From assembly GCA_001949185.1 (NCBI GenBank), contig BDGG01000002.1, positions 3,779,826 to 3,843,825 of the forward strand: DNA of 64,000 nt. Reading direction: 5' to 3'. Position 1 is the first letter of the stretch. Each line of letters opens with the position of its first letter. Positions 60,572-64,000 of the stretch are shown here, in pieces. The notes beneath the pieces were generated by a model that did not search any database, was not told the DNA's origin, and saw only the letters and a program-made list of their open reading frames with translations. Source of the stretch: Ramazzottius varieornatus (Eukaryota; Animalia; Tardigrada). Made by a program: the position numbers and the translations under genes.

Positions 60572-62039
60572 TTACATTGCCTGCTTCTTAGGCGATACAT
60601 CTAAAAGATATTTGAAAGTTTCCGCAGAATTTCCCCCTTCGCTAATTGCCGCCATAGCGGCTTGGCCGAGGTTTTGTGCCGTCATAAAGAATGAGTTCTC
60701 CATTAGAGGTGTGTTCCACTGCGCCACTTGATCGATGATGTCCGTCAGTTCTTCGCGACCTACGATTCGTTCGCCCATCATGTTAACCATGGCGAGTTTT
60801 TTCCCGCATCCAATAGCAGAAACCAGCTCGGCGTTTCCGTGTTGATCGCCCAGCATCGGCTGAAATAGAAACAAAATCAGAATTAATTTCATGATCAAAA
60901 GCGTTGCTTTGGTCAGTCGGTATCACCCAAGCGACGATGGGAACTCCACAAGAGATGCCTTCCAGCGTACTATTCCATCCGCAATGGCTAACAAAGACGC
61001 GAACGGCTTTGTGCTTTAGGACCGCCTTTTGAGGAGCCCACGGTACAATAAGGTACGGCTTGTTAGGGGAGTCAAACTCAGGCTTGCTAGCTTCTTGTAC
61101 TTCCGCGGGCAGGAACTTTTGCTGCGCGGGTCTGAGGGACCAGATGAATGGCCGTTTCAACCCGACCAAAGTGTCAGTGATCTCTTTTATTTGCGCAACA
61201 TTCGCGACAGCCACCGTACCGAAGGAGAAATACACGACCGAGCGTTCCGGCTGAGCATCCAGCCATTTCAAGATTTGCTTGGTCTCTCTATAATGTTGGT
61301 CATCGTAGATACTTCCATTAGGTAGGATTGGTCCGATGAACCTGATTTTAAGGTCTTTGAAGTCGGGTCGCGTTTGAACTACAGTTTCGCAGAACGTCGG
61401 CTCCAGCGCTTCAAAGGAGTGGATGAGCACCCCGTCCGTTTGCAATAAAACCTTGTTGAATCGAACGAGCCCGTCCTTCCAGGCCGCGGCCACGGCTATC
61501 ATGTTGGGATCAGCTTCCTTTATAATATCATAATCTTCGCTCGAAGTCGGAGTATCCTCTTGGACCCTGAACATCTGCGCGGCAATATAACCGGCCACCG
61601 GAGAGAATCCAAAACAGGTGATTCCGCTTCGTACAGCGGCCTCGAAAGGAACCGCCCCGAAAATAATGTCAGCGAGGATCACATCCACAGGTGGCATTTC
61701 GTGGTTGGATCCATCATTTTTACTTGAAAGAGGAAGGTTAGAAATGAAACCGTCCAAAAACGCGCAGCATCTGTCCGTTACATCGCACATCACATCAGTC
61801 GAAAAGTGCTCATCGAAGACGTGGCGTATTCCATCATTCAGGCCAACAAAATTGATGAGGGTTTCTTCCTGGGGTGTCATCATCTTCCGGGTCCGCATAT
61901 CTTTCAGCAGACTTTCCGATACAGCCAGACTTGCTTGGTGGCCTGTCGCGGCGATCTTGCGTGACAGTTCCAGCAAAGGAGTGATATGCCCGAAAGCTGG
62001 ATAAGGAAGTAGGAGAAAATGTTTTTTGGCTCCTCCCAT
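60572..62039 (-). CDS. Plant-type soluble family-1 UDP-glycosyltransferase, paralog B
   Basis: Exons 62039-60927 and 60859-60572. 'YPAFGHITP', 'YFSFGT', and PSPG 'WAPQKAVLKHKAVRVFVSHCGWNSTLEGISCGVPIVAW|PMLGDQ'. Confidence 0.95.
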
Positions 62040-63702
62040 ATCTTTAACATCCTAAAATTCACTGTCAGCGTTTAACACTGTATATAGATGCAAAGTTTTT
62101 AGGAAGTTCGAAATCCCATCAACTTAGTTTTCATGTCGTTGATAGCGTTTTGTATTTTCATCGTTAGAATTTATGCGTGGTTAAAATGGTTATCATGGCT
62201 ATTCATGGTGCCGGTTAGGACACGATGATTTTACCTTGGCTACACCGTTCATCTCGAGAAATTTTCCGAATCGAGAAAATCAGGTAATAGTGGAAACGAG
62301 GATGAAGTAATCGAGCCGGAACAAAGTTTTTACAAGTGGATCAAGCTTAATAATCGCCTTAGATGACAGAACGACAGATCTGTATCGTGTACCGCAATGC
62401 ATTTCATCGGGACCTCACATGGACAGCCGGCCTGTGTTGTACACTCTATGCAGAGTTTCAGTTCGCAAGAGTTTCACGGTAGTTTGATGTCAGCCTACGA
62501 TAAGATAGCTAGGGTTTTTGAAGTTTTCAAACTTCAAAGTTTCTCAAAGTTCAAAGTTCAAGATCATGCAGAAACTAGTAACCGTATGACTTTGCAGTTT
62601 GCACCGATGCCGACGAACTGGTTTCTTCACTGCGTGTATGCAATGGCCTGTTTTCGTCTAATTGACAGGGTGAAACAAGTTTGGACGGATACAACATTTC
62701 CATCCATGAGTACAACCCCTCTATAAAAATTCCCAAGCTTTTGATATTGGTCTTAATGTCGCGTGATGTCCGGTGCTGAAGTATGACCTGCAACTTTTCG
62801 GGCAATAATTATCAAAATTCTTCTGTAAATTTGGTCGACGTCTTTTCTCTTCTTCCCTATGCCGTATGTTGTCCACCAACATCCTTTTTTTTCTGCAGCA
62901 GTAGTTGGCCCGTACGTTGACAACAGGAAGAGAACGTTGAGTTTAAAACCGCAAGAAGATTCTTTCCTGCTTTTCTGATTTTTTCGCCGCTCCGTCAAAG
63001 TTATATGGAGCTCATCGATGGTGCTGAATTACATGCCGAGCGTGATCGTGCATGCATCTCGAGTATCTGCTGGACACGATGCTACCGACGACTTCTGTGG
63101 TCGGTGGTGAGTACCGAAAGCTTCCGCCGTCTGTCTAAACACGAGCACGAAGATCGGTTATTCTGGCGCTGACTATTGTCATCCTTTCGTACGGTTCCTG
63201 GGAAGCGTTCGACTCTAGCAATTTAGACGCGTAAGACGTGGTCTCAAGCAATGTAGTTTTATCCCGGGCAGAAGGTGACGATATGGATTATGCCCATCGT
63301 CTGGCGTATGCTGGGTTCCCCTATCATAATCCTTATGAAGATTGCCCTGGTGTCTGTGGCTCTACACGAGCAGGCGGTGCTGATAGTTCTACAAGAGGAG
63401 ACCGTGCTGCTCATAATATATCCCCCCGTCTTCAACTTGATTTCCTGATCGAAGTAAGCCGAGAGTCGAGACAAACGACGGAAGGTGGCGAGCAAGTCCC
63501 TTATTCCACGACTATATTCTCTTTCGGGGATTCAGGGCTGGAAAAAACTGTTGGTTTTATTGCGAGCGCTTTCTGTTGGTGTGATCTAAACCATACAATT
63601 TGGCATATTATGTTTCAACCGGAGAGCGAACCAAACAAAATGTATAGTATGCTAGCAGTAGTCGCCACCTGGGCCTGGAAAACTGTTCTTATATTGACCA
63701 AC

Positions 63703-64000
63703 TCATCTGGATCGCCGCCCTTGCCGACTTTCGTTAACCTGGTTCGAAGAGCCGCGCCTCCTTACATCGTACTGATCAGCGACGAAACTGCCATTAACAG
63801 TCCCCGTGTCTTCATCCTTTCGGACCGGACCTCGAAGATTGTTGGCAGGTTTGCTATCTCTCGAAGTCGTGGTCGCTGGTGTTACAGCCATCGTCGGTAG
63901 CAGCGATGGTTTGTCCAACAGGTAGCCACCTGTTGCCATCAACAAGACGCCACCTATCGGCGCGAAAAATAGGATGGCCAGCACGGCACAGTTTAGCGTC
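63703..64000 (-). CDS. 3' end of an SLC9B/NHA-type Na+/H+ antiporter (partial; runs off the window)
   Basis: 'TLNCAVLAILFFAPIGGVLLMATGGYLLDK' resembles the last TM of SLC9B2 as recalled ('VAFLSILITAPIGSLLIGLLGPRLL'), followed by a polar tail. Confidence 0.6.
   Translation of the reverse strand, partial: TLNCAVLAILFFAPIGGVLLMATGGYLLDKPSLLPTMAVTPATTTSRDSKPANNLRGPVRKDEDTGTVNGSFVADQYDVRRRGSSNQVNESRQGRRSR

Noticed and set aside
63238-63900. 220-aa plus-strand ORF
   Set aside because: Non-ATG start, antisense to the SLC9B-like 3' end, no recognisable domain.

Overview
Eukaryotic (animal) genomic DNA with dense genes and many short GT-AG introns. The compactness and gene content suggest a tardigrade such as Ramazzottius (inference only). 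In order, the window holds: two tandem cyclic-nucleotide-gated channel beta-subunit (CNGB/TAX-2-like) genes with an orphan type-I membrane protein gene between them; HEI10/CCNB1IP1 with micro-exons; an orphan coiled-coil gene; a ~19 kb BLTP1/KIAA1109 gene containing a 50-N gap; a secreted protein with ~11 cadherin-like repeats and extensin-like Pro/Tyr linkers; a zone of decayed gene fragments (LSM14-like DFDF piece, PSMD12/Rpn5 C-terminus); two plant-type soluble UDP-glycosyltransferases; and the 3' end of an SLC9B/NHA antiporter. A foldback/MITE family occurs about 11 times, always in introns. The most unusual object is the cadherin-like protein, where most Ca2+-binding junction motifs appear replaced by a Cys pair. 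Gene models were spliced by hand, and homologies are recognised from memory rather than by database search.
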